A stretch of DNA of 58,919 nucleotides from positions 1 to 58,919 of the IMG/VR virus record IMGVR_UViG_3300034283_003118; one strand, 5' to 3'. The position numbers and the translations under genes were made by a program. The notes below the pieces were generated by a model, which was not told the origin of the DNA, made no database searches, and was given only the letters and a program-made list of their open reading frames with translations. The stretch is from a virus. Taxonomy: Duplodnaviria > Caudoviricetes. Positions 1-9,051 of this stretch are shown piece by piece. Numbering within the stretch: the first letter of the stretch is position 1; each line of letters begins with the position of its first letter.

Positions 1-33
1 GTGTAAGTTCAGTTGGGCCTTTCATGGAGTTTT

Positions 34-270
34 TCATTTCCATCTCAATCGGCAAAACACAGCGTCTGCTTCGGATCGAAACAGAAAATAGCACTTTCGA
101 TGCAGATCCCAGTCACTGGTCCCTGCAATAACTGACTGCCAACGCTTGCGTTTGACGCCAAATGTTTGGTAGCACCAAGTATCAACCTCGTATCTCTGCC
201 TTAATTCCACTTGAACGTGGTGACAGTAGATTTCTCGCTGATGACGATTTAGATATTTGAGATAAGACAT
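34..270 (-). CDS. Small hypothetical protein (family ending in a D/Y-A-x-x-x-x-L-R-W-like motif)
   Basis: ATG at 270 follows the upstream stop at 272; ends FRSEADAVFCRLRWK. Confidence 0.7.
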   Translation of the reverse strand: MSYLKYLNRHQREIYCHHVQVELRQRYEVDTWCYQTFGVKRKRWQSVIAGTSDWDLHRKCYFLFRSEADAVFCRLRWK

Positions 271-271
271 G

Positions 272-469
272 TTATTTCCAATCAGAAAAGAATTTATGAA
301 AATCAGCTTCACTGACGCTATTCACGTCTTCGCCCGCTGGCATCTGCAAACTTTCATGCCCATACTTGGCCAGCTTGCGACCAGCAGCATCACCGTCCAT
401 CACTGCCACTCGATGATGGGGCAAGGTGTTTAACCAACTGCGAAGGTGTTTGGGGTCATTGGCAACCAC
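272..469 (-). pseudogene. Orphaned C-terminal copy of the Toprim/primase-like gene
   Basis: VVANDPKHLRSWLNTLPHHRVAVMDGDAAGRKLAKYG aligns with VISNDPKHLRNWISVLPHKLIAVCDGDSAGKKLAKYG of 1315..1827; no homologous N-terminus. Confidence 0.85.
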
Positions 470-512
470 TTTATTTAATTTTAGCATATTCATGTTTCTT
501 TCACAAGATGCA

Positions 513-571
513 TAAATAAAAATGTGGTTCGCGGTGCAGCAAACACCCAACCACTCTACCGGCACAGGAGG
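513..571 (+). promoter_or_regulatory. Late promoter, bulged hairpin and SD upstream of the HNH gene
   Basis: TAAATA 513-518; GTGGTT/AACCAC and GGTG/CACC stems 524-554; AGGAGG 566-571; ATG 582. Confidence 0.6.
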
Positions 572-581
572 CCCAGCAGCA

Positions 582-1341
582 ATGATATTTATTGATAACA
601 AGTATACCCGTTGGTATTATGCAATTGTGGAACGAGCTCAAAAAAGAGCATCAACCAGAAAACAAGCCAAAGAGTTATTAGAGTATATCGAACAGCATCA
701 CGTTATACCAAAATCGTTTTATTTAGGTAATAAACATAGTACACAAGGATGGTTAGACGGCGATCCGAATTCTTCTTCTAACTTAGTGTATTTGACTGCT
801 AAAGAACATTTTATTTGTCATTTATTATTAATTAGGATGACGAATGGAAAAGCAAAAATGATGATGAGTTTTGCTTTGCGGGCAATGCGTTCTTGGAGAA
901 ATAAAAATCATAAACGATATAAAATATCGTCCATATGGTACGAATTAAGCAAAGTTACTAAGATTTCTCATTCTGAAGAATCTCGAAAGAAGATTAGCGA
1001 GTCTGGATTAGGCAGAGTTCCGTGGAACAAAGGATCAAAAGGAAACATTCCCTGGAACAAAGGAAAAGTTGGTGTTTCAGAAGAGACTCGAGAAAAAAAT
1101 GAGTAAAGCAGCGTCGAGCCGAAAGCAATCTCAAGAAACTATCCAAAAACGAAGTAATGCTGTTCGAGCCAAAAAATTAGATCCTAGTTATCAGAGACCA
1201 AAAATTTCACAGGAACTAAGAGATCAAATTTCTGCTAAATTAAAAGGAAGAAAGTTATCTCCTGAAACATTAGCGAAGCGAAAGTCAACAGTTGAAAAGA
1301 AAAAATTAGAAAAATTATCTCAAAAATTTTCCGAAGATTAA
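582..1341 (+). mobile_element. Free-standing HNH homing endonuclease with NUMOD3-type repeats, frameshifted at an A7 run (1093-1099)
   Basis: EQHHVIPKS...NLVYLTAKEHFICHLLL; HSEESRKKIS and PWNKG repeats continue in ORF 1069..1341; AT-rich and antisense to neighbours. Confidence 0.85.
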
Positions 1342-1827
1342 GTTAAACTGCTCATCAGACAATGAACCAACATCTTCTTTTTCTGGAAGATATATTACTT
1401 CGTTACCGTATTTGGCTAATTTTTTACCAGCAGAATCTCCATCGCAAACTGCAATTAATTTGTGTGGTAACACACTAATCCAATTACGCAAATGTTTTGG
1501 GTCATTTGAAATGACTGCTATAGACTGCAAGCCGTGCCACGATAATCGGCAAGAATCAAATACGCCCTCTACTAGGAACAGATCACCGCCCCGCCAATCC
1601 ACACTCTCCAAACCCCACACACCCACCTTGTTCTCGCCAAACCAAGTGTGATAGCGGGTATGCTCGCCATTGTTGTGCAAACGTGGTGCACCGGGCTCGT
1701 ACTTTTGGTAGCCCACCATTTGCCCACTGAAATTCCACATGGCAAAGGTTGCGCTCACACCTTCCTCAATCCATACTCCGCTGTATCGATCAGGATCAAA
1801 CCAGCGGCTCAGTAGATGTTCGCGCAT
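1315..1827 (-). CDS. Short Toprim-domain DNA primase-like protein
   Basis: FLVEGVFD and CDGDSAG (E...DxD) Toprim motifs; no Zn-finger visible. Confidence 0.8.
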   Translation of the reverse strand: MREHLLSRWFDPDRYSGVWIEEGVSATFAMWNFSGQMVGYQKYEPGAPRLHNNGEHTRYHTWFGENKVGVWGLESVDWRGGDLFLVEGVFDSCRLSWHGLQSIAVISNDPKHLRNWISVLPHKLIAVCDGDSAGKKLAKYGNEVIYLPEKEDVGSLSDEQFNLIFGKFLR

Positions 1828-1833
1828 AATCTT

Positions 1834-1862
1834 ATATTAGCACATTAGGAATCAGATGTCAA
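1834..1862 (-). promoter_or_regulatory. Sigma70-type promoter, probably giving a leaderless transcript
   Basis: TTGACA-N17-TAATAT, 6 nt before ATG 1827; no SD. Confidence 0.7.
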
Positions 1863-2072
1863 TCAGATTAAAAATTTCATCAAAAACAGCAGATGCTTCT
1901 GATCGTCCACAATTTCATATGATTCATATGTTGGTTCGAGTAGTCTCACACCAAATTTATCTTCCAACCATTCATCAAAATGTTTTGTATTCTGAATGTA
2001 TTTTACATTGGAGTCCTTGTACATGTCATAAAAATATTCAGATGCTCTCACAATGCGACAAAATTGTGTCAT
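1863..2072 (-). CDS. Hypothetical protein
   Basis: ORF in a contiguous minus-strand operon. Confidence 0.65.
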   Translation of the reverse strand: MTQFCRIVRASEYFYDMYKDSNVKYIQNTKHFDEWLEDKFGVRLLEPTYESYEIVDDQKHLLFLMKFLI

Positions 2073-2078
2073 ATTTTG

Positions 2079-2255
2079 TTACACTTTATAATCTACAATT
2101 TCAATTTCAAACTCACCGGTCTGTTTATGGGAAGATTCCAGCTGTCGTGATCGTCTGTATTCTACTGCTTGATCATAGTCTGCAAAGGCTTGCTCAATTA
2201 CCTGAATCTGATTGGCTTGAGTGAAAACAACTAGATAGATTTTATTCATAAACAT
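2079..2255 (-). CDS. Hypothetical protein (58 aa, not in ORF track)
   Basis: MFMNKIYLVVFTQANQ...EIEIVDYKV*, GGAGAGGA SD; fills the gap. Confidence 0.65.
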   Translation of the reverse strand: MFMNKIYLVVFTQANQIQVIEQAFADYDQAVEYRRSRQLESSHKQTGEFEIEIVDYKV

Positions 2256-2271
2256 TTCCTCTCCAAATTTA

Positions 2272-2493
2272 TTAGATCATCAATTTCATCCAAGCAGCGT
2301 CTGATTCTCTTTCAAAGAGCACAGTGATGAACTTGCTGTGAGCTTGGTATCTGTAAGGACCAAAATTTTGCTTGGCAAATTCTTCAAATGCAGCTGACAA
2401 ATATGCTCGTCCAGCATAAACAACAAAATTACCAGACCGAGTAGTTACCCATTTAGAATCAATTGGGAGTCGAACTTTGTGTAGTCTGTGCAT
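2272..2493 (-). CDS. Small hypothetical protein
   Basis: Ends FERESDAAWMKLMI, similar to 34..270. Confidence 0.65.
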   Translation of the reverse strand: MHRLHKVRLPIDSKWVTTRSGNFVVYAGRAYLSAAFEEFAKQNFGPYRYQAHSKFITVLFERESDAAWMKLMI

Positions 2494-2494
2494 G

Positions 2495-2779
2495 TTAGTT
2501 AGATAAAATCTTCCACATTAATTCGGCGTCAGTCATCATGTTTTTCCTGCGATTCTTTGCCCACTCTGTTTCAACACCAGCCAACCGTTCCAGCTGCATG
2601 CGAGATCCACTGAGTGAACTGTAGCATTTATGGTACAATTTGCCTTTGAACACAATGCGTGGACTGTAATCGTCTGCTATGTAGCCCACTCGATCGCCGT
2701 TCACGTAGAGGGTCCAATAACTTCTGCCGCCTCTTTTAGTCCTCTTCCAAGTTGCGTTCATATTTTTAAATTGGACCAC
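2495..2779 (-). CDS. Hypothetical protein
   Basis: ORF directly downstream of a sigma70-type promoter. Confidence 0.65.
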   Translation of the reverse strand: MVQFKNMNATWKRTKRGGRSYWTLYVNGDRVGYIADDYSPRIVFKGKLYHKCYSSLSGSRMQLERLAGVETEWAKNRRKNMMTDAELMWKILSN

Positions 2780-2787
2780 TCAATTTA

Positions 2788-2816
2788 AGTATAATATTAT
2801 CAGTAGTCAGTGTCAA
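2788..2816 (-). promoter_or_regulatory. Sigma70-type promoter
   Basis: TTGACA-N17-TATACT. Confidence 0.75.
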
Positions 2817-3215
2817 TCACACACCAGCCAAAAATTGGGTCAGATTGTTGCCACACAGAGTTAACCAGAAACTGGCTTTTGAATCAAATATCCAGATACT
2901 TTGTAATGTCTGTTGTTTGAGACCGTTAGAGCTAGTGATTATAAACCAGGGAAAATTCATGCGATACAGGGACTGTGTTAGTTTGGGGGTCATTATGAGA
3001 TTTTGATCTGTCAGCGTACATTTGAATGATGGAATAAATTCTGGTTTACAAAGCATCTGCCTCAATCCTGGCATACTAAGTCTCCATTTGTGACTGTCAA
3101 TGGAGTTGTGCCACCATATTTGTTTGTATGACTTCAGTGTGGTGTTATCAGGCATCAGGCGATTTTTTTCCTGATAATGCTGATACATCTGCTCACTGAA
3201 TTCATCTCTGGTCAT
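2817..3215 (-). CDS. Hypothetical protein
   Basis: ATGA overlap with the upstream gene. Confidence 0.7.
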   Translation of the reverse strand: MTRDEFSEQMYQHYQEKNRLMPDNTTLKSYKQIWWHNSIDSHKWRLSMPGLRQMLCKPEFIPSFKCTLTDQNLIMTPKLTQSLYRMNFPWFIITSSNGLKQQTLQSIWIFDSKASFWLTLCGNNLTQFLAGV

Positions 3216-3496
3216 GGGAAAATCTGTTGTCCTTGGTTCAGCAATACCACAGTAAAATCCTGACTGTCAAATAGTGTATTCAATTTTCGAGCCAGGTTCA
3301 CGGCATGACCAGGATTAGCAAAACTGGTTTTTCGATACTTCGGTCCTGGATAGCTGATCAATGTATTCACTGTTTTGAGGTTTATGGGCTGGCCCTGGTA
3401 GAACACCGCCCAGATCCCCTGACTTGCTAAAATCTGTTCACTACGATAAAGTCCCTGTGATTTTTCTATAAGAATTTGAGGTTTAGGTCGGCTCAT
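3212..3496 (-). CDS. Hypothetical phage protein, late promoter
   Basis: MSRPKP...GPKYRKTSFANPGHA; TATAAATA at 3517-3524. Confidence 0.75.
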   Translation of the reverse strand: MSRPKPQILIEKSQGLYRSEQILASQGIWAVFYQGQPINLKTVNTLISYPGPKYRKTSFANPGHAVNLARKLNTLFDSQDFTVVLLNQGQQIFP

Positions 3497-3530
3497 TGAT
3501 AAAAATCTCTCTGAGGTATTTATAGAAAAA

Positions 3531-3734
3531 TTACCAAGTTCCGCCGTTTAAACCTCCAGAAGAATCAGGCTTTTGAGCCAGGAGTTGATTTTGCAGTGCA
3601 GATATTTTATCCAGCAATGCAAATACTTCATTATGCAGCAAACGAGCTTCAGTAGCAGTCAGAGTAATATTACTGGTTCGGTTTAGGTTCAGTAACTTTA
3701 CTCGATCATTGAGCAGTTTGATATAAGGGGTCAT
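3531..3734 (-). CDS. Hypothetical coiled-coil protein
   Basis: ORF in operon. Confidence 0.65.
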   Translation of the reverse strand: MTPYIKLLNDRVKLLNLNRTSNITLTATEARLLHNEVFALLDKISALQNQLLAQKPDSSGGLNGGTW

Positions 3735-4188
3735 TTTGGATAATTTGATGGCGTGCTAACAGATCCTGTTTGTTCATGTAGGGGCCGTAATAGCTGTACC
3801 GATCCAGCGTGATTAGTTTGGGGCAGAACATTCTTTTCCAACCCTGTTTGTTTACCAAATAATATCCGGCACACAATTTACTCTTGCTATCTGCGTCAGA
3901 TGTAAACAGCGGCAGACGACGATGAACATCGAATTCAGGATTGTGTGCTGGGTTGCGAGTTGGATAACCAAAAACATCACAGGATTTTTCTGGTTTGGTT
4001 ACTGTGATTTCCTGCCATTCGATGTCAAAATCATGCTCAATGTCTTTGAGTTTCTGAAACTGTTTGGTACCATTGGGAGTTTGTAGAACTACGCCTTGTG
4101 CATTGACGGTGATGTTACCTACCTTGCGGCCATTGTGTTGTACAATCCAGAATGTGTCGGAAACATTTTTGGCTGTTAGCTTAGACAT
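3706..4188 (-). CDS. Hypothetical phage protein
   Basis: CAGYY...FCPKLITL; in operon. Confidence 0.7.
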   Translation of the reverse strand: MSKLTAKNVSDTFWIVQHNGRKVGNITVNAQGVVLQTPNGTKQFQKLKDIEHDFDIEWQEITVTKPEKSCDVFGYPTRNPAHNPEFDVHRRLPLFTSDADSKSKLCAGYYLVNKQGWKRMFCPKLITLDRYSYYGPYMNKQDLLARHQIIQNDPLYQTAQ

Positions 4189-4372
4189 CTGAGTTTTCCT
4201 CCTTGTTGGATGAATTGTTTTCTATTAGGTTTGTGGCTCTGATAAATCCCTGATTCCAGCCACGCAAATACCCAGCATAACTGGAACAAAAAGCCAATGT
4301 GAGTAATGGTGCTAACTCTCTTAGCAATTGAGATGTTTGAAAATTGCCAGTGAACAAATCTTGTAAGGTCAT
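4181..4372 (-). CDS. Small hypothetical protein, possibly membrane
   Basis: Short hydrophobic stretch; in operon. Confidence 0.55.
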   Translation of the reverse strand: MTLQDLFTGNFQTSQLLRELAPLLTLAFCSSYAGYLRGWNQGFIRATNLIENNSSNKEENSDV

Positions 4373-4373
4373 A

Positions 4374-4751
4374 TTATTTTTCTGGTATTCCTGCGGACAA
4401 ACTGGCGATGACCACCAGTTGCTCTAGTGAGTCTGTAAATGTTTTGAGTGCGTCAGCAACTGCGGGCGAATCTTGTGCTTGTTGACGCCAGATATCCTGT
4501 TGTTTTCTTTGTTTGTGAATCCATTCCACGATTTCTCTTCCACGAATATTCCATGAAATACTATAGTGAGTATTGGGTATTTGATGCCACAGCCCGTTGG
4601 ACACGAATCCCAGTCCATACCCTTCTCTCCAGCGTACCTCTCTGAGAGAGTCTGAAATATAATCAGTACAGATACTACTAATGGTAGTATCTGTACTGGT
4701 TACTTCGATAAGACCAGTGTTATCCTGGATATAAATTGATCTAGTGCTCAT
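4374..4751 (-). CDS. Hypothetical protein
   Basis: ATG 4751 overlaps the rnh stop (ATGA). Confidence 0.65.
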   Translation of the reverse strand: MSTRSIYIQDNTGLIEVTSTDTTISSICTDYISDSLREVRWREGYGLGFVSNGLWHQIPNTHYSISWNIRGREIVEWIHKQRKQQDIWRQQAQDSPAVADALKTFTDSLEQLVVIASLSAGIPEK

Positions 4752-5734
4752 TCTGGTAATGCTGCTCCCAGTATTTGGCCCCAAGTGGAGGCCTGTTCGC
4801 TCAATCGGTTGAGATCAAAACGACCACAAAACTTCAAAAACTGAGCTCCCACCATGGGGCGGTTCAGCGATTGAACTGAGTTGATTGTTTGTTGTATTTT
4901 TTCACGAATATGATCAGGTTGAGCACTGAGATCCACCAGAACTCGGTTGCGATGATAATCATCCAGTACACGATGCTCGTTGCCCTCGTGATCCACCCAA
5001 CGCTGAAGCATCAGGTTGTTCCAGGCCCAGCCCTGAATTTTACGGTCAGCAAATGCTTCAGTCAGACCCACTTTGTTTTTTGAACCCTTGGTTCGCACGC
5101 CCGGATAGGCGCTGAACACGTTGTCAGTGGTGTCGCCGCGTATACACTTTTCAAACAGCAACCATTCAGGATCAGGTGTAGTTTTGGGCAAGCCAGTCTT
5201 GCGATCTTTCACTGGCTTGCCCAGACGATCAAAGATGCCTTCCAGAGTAATTAACTCTTCAGAAACACCATTGTACTGGCGAACATTGGGAGCCAACAGT
5301 TGAACATAATCGCTGTCACTGCTCACAATCACATGCTGATCATTGGGTCGGGATTGAATCCATCCAGCAATGAGATCATCAGCTTCCAATGCAGAGTTTT
5401 GTAGCACAGTGACATTGGTGCGATCTCGCAGGAATGCAGCCAATGAATCGTTTGCATCCCAGAACATCTGATCTTCAGCCTGCTGGGCAGGAGTGGCTGC
5501 GTTGCGAGCATCAACACGGTTGCGTTTGTAGGGTTGATAAAAATCTTTGCGCCAGGAGCGACCCTCTAGTGCAATTACCACATGATTGGCCCGATGTTGC
5601 CGCCAACAACTGGCAATGCTGCTCAGTGTTACGTGGATAGCCAATCCCACTTTTTCTTCTGGGGATTGAGCCTTGTGTGCTGAATGCCGAGCACGGTAGA
5701 ACGTATTTGCCAAATCTACAATCAGAAATGTCAT
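4748..5734 (-). CDS. rnh: T4 RNase H-like 5'-3' flap exo/endonuclease
   Basis: IVD, SWRKDFYQPYKRNR, EADDLIA, SSDSD, GDTTDNV. Confidence 0.9.
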   Translation of the reverse strand: MTFLIVDLANTFYRARHSAHKAQSPEEKVGLAIHVTLSSIASCWRQHRANHVVIALEGRSWRKDFYQPYKRNRVDARNAATPAQQAEDQMFWDANDSLAAFLRDRTNVTVLQNSALEADDLIAGWIQSRPNDQHVIVSSDSDYVQLLAPNVRQYNGVSEELITLEGIFDRLGKPVKDRKTGLPKTTPDPEWLLFEKCIRGDTTDNVFSAYPGVRTKGSKNKVGLTEAFADRKIQGWAWNNLMLQRWVDHEGNEHRVLDDYHRNRVLVDLSAQPDHIREKIQQTINSVQSLNRPMVGAQFLKFCGRFDLNRLSEQASTWGQILGAALPE

Positions 5735-5740
5735 AAAAGT

Positions 5741-5769
5741 ATTATAGCAATTATTGATATCAATGTCAA
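5741..5769 (-). promoter_or_regulatory. Consensus sigma70 promoter, leaderless rnh transcript likely
   Basis: TTGACA-N17-TATAAT, 6 nt before ATG 5734. Confidence 0.8.
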
Positions 5770-6206
5770 CCGATTTCGGTTCGGCCGTTACCTAAATCTC
5801 TACGAGTCACTCGGTTGGTGGGATCGGCTTGATCCTGCTCCCAGGTTTCATCTACAACATGCCGGCAGATACCTCTGAACCATTGATCCACTAATTGTTC
5901 TTCAGTTTCCCCCTGATAACCACTTACCAACAGTTGTTTGATAAAGTATTCATTCCAGTCCAATTCAAAACTCCCCAGTGTGGGATTTTTGGGATCAAAG
6001 TCCAGACCCAACACATTCACATAAGGACGTTTTTCAGCAGTGGCTTGTTCTTTGGCACTCAACACCGCAGGTTCAGGTTTGGGCTTGGGAATTCGCTTGG
6101 CCCTGGGTTTGGCTGGTTTCGGTGTTTCAGCTGGAGGTCCAGGCTCAGGCAATGGCTCAGAGTTCCAGGGCCAACGTATCTGTGCAAATTTACTGAGAAT
6201 GGGCAT
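5766..6206 (-). CDS. Hypothetical phage protein
   Basis: GGAG SD before ATG 6206; Pro-rich N-terminus, FELDWNEYFI core. Confidence 0.7.
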   Translation of the reverse strand: MPILSKFAQIRWPWNSEPLPEPGPPAETPKPAKPRAKRIPKPKPEPAVLSAKEQATAEKRPYVNVLGLDFDPKNPTLGSFELDWNEYFIKQLLVSGYQGETEEQLVDQWFRGICRHVVDETWEQDQADPTNRVTRRDLGNGRTEIG

Positions 6207-6238
6207 TACCGACTCCATTTCATTATTTTTAGCATATT

Positions 6239-6996
6239 TTATAGCCCCCACTTTGTTACTAAATTGTAACCTGCTTTTTTAATTTGATTTTCTATCAACA
6301 TAGTTTTTTCGTACAAATCTTTCATTTTAACTTTAAGAATAGGGTGAATTAGTTCTGGATCAAAAGTGTAAATGCATCCATGCCAAAATTTTCCATGATA
6401 TAAAAATACTGTATTTGTTTCAGGATCAAAACCATCAACGCTATACTTTATATCTTCTAACCATTTTTGCCTAACTGGTACCTCCAATGAGTCTAACCAT
6501 TTTGTTTCATTTTTTGAAACGAATCTTGCTCTTCCTGCATCAAATTGCTTTTTTCTTGCAATTTTTATCATCTTTAGTCCTGCATTACGTTTGTTTTCTT
6601 TACCACAATGAGGACATCCAACTCCGACATTTAACGAACTCATCCATTGACTAAAATATAAATTATGCTTCTTACAGAATATATTGTGTAGTTTTCTATC
6701 ATCTAATAAAAAAGAATCTTTAAAACACAATTCCTTTAAGATAGATTTATATTTTTGTTTTCTATCGTCAAGAGTAACTTTGACTTTTCCCTTTTTTTCT
6801 TCGTGATATCCTTTTTTACAACAATGTCTATTTGGTTTAAGTAAACGATATGCGTAAATCTCATTTGTTCCATGATGTTGACATTCAACAGTAACTTTAT
6901 TCTCCACTCCTTTGTACTCGGACAAAATTTTTATCTTAGGGTTAACTTCAGCAACTTTTTTATGAACTCGTCATGAGTATAAGAACCTTTTTTCAT
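6239..6996 (-). mobile_element. Free-standing Vsr/EDxHD-like homing endonuclease with Zn-finger repeats, frameshifted at A-AAA-AAG (6955-6961)
   Basis: SKNETKWLD, VDGF, FLYHGKFWHG, CxxH/CPHC; SD-led ATG at 6996 is out of frame with 6239..6925; AT-rich. Confidence 0.75.
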
Positions 6997-7038
6997 ATCC
7001 CCATCCTTTCACAAATATTTAGTAAAGGATGGGGATAT
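6995..7038 (-). promoter_or_regulatory. 15-bp SD-sequestering hairpin with a late promoter in the loop
   Basis: ATATCCCCATCCTTT 6995-7009 / AAAGGATGGGGATAT 7024-7038; TAAATA on the minus strand at 7016-7021. Confidence 0.8.
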
Positions 7039-7040
7039 TT

Positions 7041-7921
7041 TTACTTAGACCAACTATTTCCCCACAGATCCACATGCAGTCGAGGACTGTAGTAGTAACC
7101 ACGACGCATGGCTTCTTCAGCAATATTGAACTTGTTTCCGTTGTAGATAACATCCACACCACCCACTGGCATCACATAAACAGGTCCCACGAAACCAGCA
7201 GCACGATATTCTGCCACTGCTTGATCAGCTTCAGCAAAATGTTCAGGAGAATCCACTACGAACTTCAGATAAGCAAATCCGTAATTTTCATAGGAAGCCA
7301 CAACGTCAGGTTTGATAGCATCACTCCAACTCTCACCACTTGCGCTGAGTTTGGGACTTACGCTAAACGTGAAACACGAGTCGCCTTCAAACTGACCAGT
7401 GATAAACCTGCCCAAGTCCTGATGAATTTTTTGTGTACCGTTGGTTTCAAAAGTCACATTGCGTAATCCATGCGTGTTTTCATTGTCCAAAATCGCAGGG
7501 TACATACTCTGCCAGCCCAGCAAAGGTTCACCGCCTGTGATCACCAAATGTACATCGTTGCCATTGGGTTGAATCCATGTGTTATTGGGTAACAGTTCGT
7601 TGAACCGCTCTCGCAATTGTTCTATTGAGTAATCTGGGCTGAGGTGGCGGAATTCTGGGTAGATACTGGCATAAGTATCACAACCAGTACTAACCAGTGG
7701 CAAGTCATCAAACACTTTAAACTGATCAATATTTTTGATAACATCGGCTACTTCGGGATTATACTTGTCAGTTACTGGAGTACTGCACCCAAATGACTTG
7801 CAACGAAAATTGCATCCAAAAGTTCGCATGAAGATGCTGGGCACTCCAACGTATCGGCCTTCACCTTGTAGACTAAAAAAAAAAAAATTTCCGAGACCTT
7901 AATAGTTCGGTTATTACGCAT
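7041..7921 (-). CDS. queE: 7-carboxy-7-deazaguanine synthase (radical SAM), frameshifted by a T13 tract near the 5' end
   Basis: KVSEIF..SLQGEG, RTFGCNFRC...CDT, ITGGEPLL, ETNGT, VSPKL, SPRLH; AAAGGA SD before ATG 7921. Confidence 0.9.
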
Positions 7922-7964
7922 ATTAAATTTTTTCCTTTAGTTATGTTTCTGCTTACTATAATAA

Positions 7965-8372
7965 TTATAGCAAATTTTTAAGTTCTAAAAATTTTTTTTC
8001 ATCCAAAATTACATACAAATCTTGGACCAAATGCCATTCGTATATATTGATGTTTTTGATTTTACCAGTCTTAACATGTTGACATTTGAACAGATATTTT
8101 TTGTTACCTAGCGACAAATGCACATTTTTGTCAAACTGATCTTGTGGGACCTGTGATCGAATCCCTGTTTGTTTATTGATTATATTGATCTTACCAGCAC
8201 AAGGTCCAGCGTAACGTTCTTTGTTGTTTAGAACTTGATCTCTTGAAATTTGTACATATTGACCGGTTGACTTATCTAAAACTGTAGTGAGATTTTTAGT
8301 AACTCCCACATATCTTACCCCATCAAAAGGTGAAGGAGAATTTTTAATAAGAACGTCAAAAATGTTTAGTTG
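7965..8372 (-). pseudogene. Probable C-terminal remnant of a homing endonuclease
   Basis: AT-rich; RYVGVTKN/RYAGPCAG-type repeats; frame open to 8372 without a good start or catalytic domain. Confidence 0.45.
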
Positions 8373-8592
8373 TTAACAAAAGGCCTAGCAATAGTAGCAC
8401 AATGAAGAAAGCGTTTAGAAGATAAAGGCTGGGCTCGCGCATGCGCCACCCAGCCCAAATCCATCCTATACTACCCAGTATGCCCACTAGTTTGTTTAAC
8501 GGAGTAACATCAAACGCAGTAAGTGTGACACCCACCGCAGTGAGAATAGTACCTAACCATTTAACATAGTTGTCTAGTTGGCTTTGTTTCAT
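8356..8592 (-). CDS. Small three-TM membrane protein, possibly PnuC/half-transporter-like
   Basis: Three hydrophobic segments; lies between queD and queE. Confidence 0.6.
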   Translation of the reverse strand: MKQSQLDNYVKWLGTILTAVGVTLTAFDVTPLNKLVGILGSIGWIWAGWRMREPSLYLLNAFFIVLLLLGLLLTTKHF

Positions 8593-8593
8593 A

Positions 8594-9019
8594 TCACACC
8601 GTTACAGTGGCTTTGCACTTGCGTGTTTCTTCAATGTCCACAGCAATCAATCTCACACCAGTGTCCTTCAGTTGTTCCGGGCCCACTGTTTCAATCAGAT
8701 ACTGTCCCATGTTTTCAGCTGTAGGATTAAACGGCACAATCACGGTGCCCTGAGGGTCCAGTTTCTTGAGTTCCAGACTCCAGGGATCCTGTTGCCACAC
8801 AAGGAACTTGTGATCCCACTGTAGTTCTAGCCATTCACACAGATAATTTTTGATTGCAGAGAAATCCATTACCCGGCCCACTGTGTCCAATTTATCAGCT
8901 TCCACTGTGAAGTGGATACGATAGTTGTGGCCATGTAAGTGGGCGCATTTGGATTCATGGCCATATACTCGATGGCCGGTGGAAAAGTCGTGATAACGAC
9001 TTGCAGTAATTTTAGGCAT
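8594..9019 (-). CDS. queD: 6-carboxytetrahydropterin synthase
   Basis: GHR...CAHLHGHNY (CxxxHGH), MDF, WDH, PTAEN, EET. Confidence 0.92.
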   Translation of the reverse strand: MPKITASRYHDFSTGHRVYGHESKCAHLHGHNYRIHFTVEADKLDTVGRVMDFSAIKNYLCEWLELQWDHKFLVWQQDPWSLELKKLDPQGTVIVPFNPTAENMGQYLIETVGPEQLKDTGVRLIAVDIEETRKCKATVTV

Positions 9020-9051
9020 TAGTTGAATGTCTCCTATGTTAATTGTAACAC

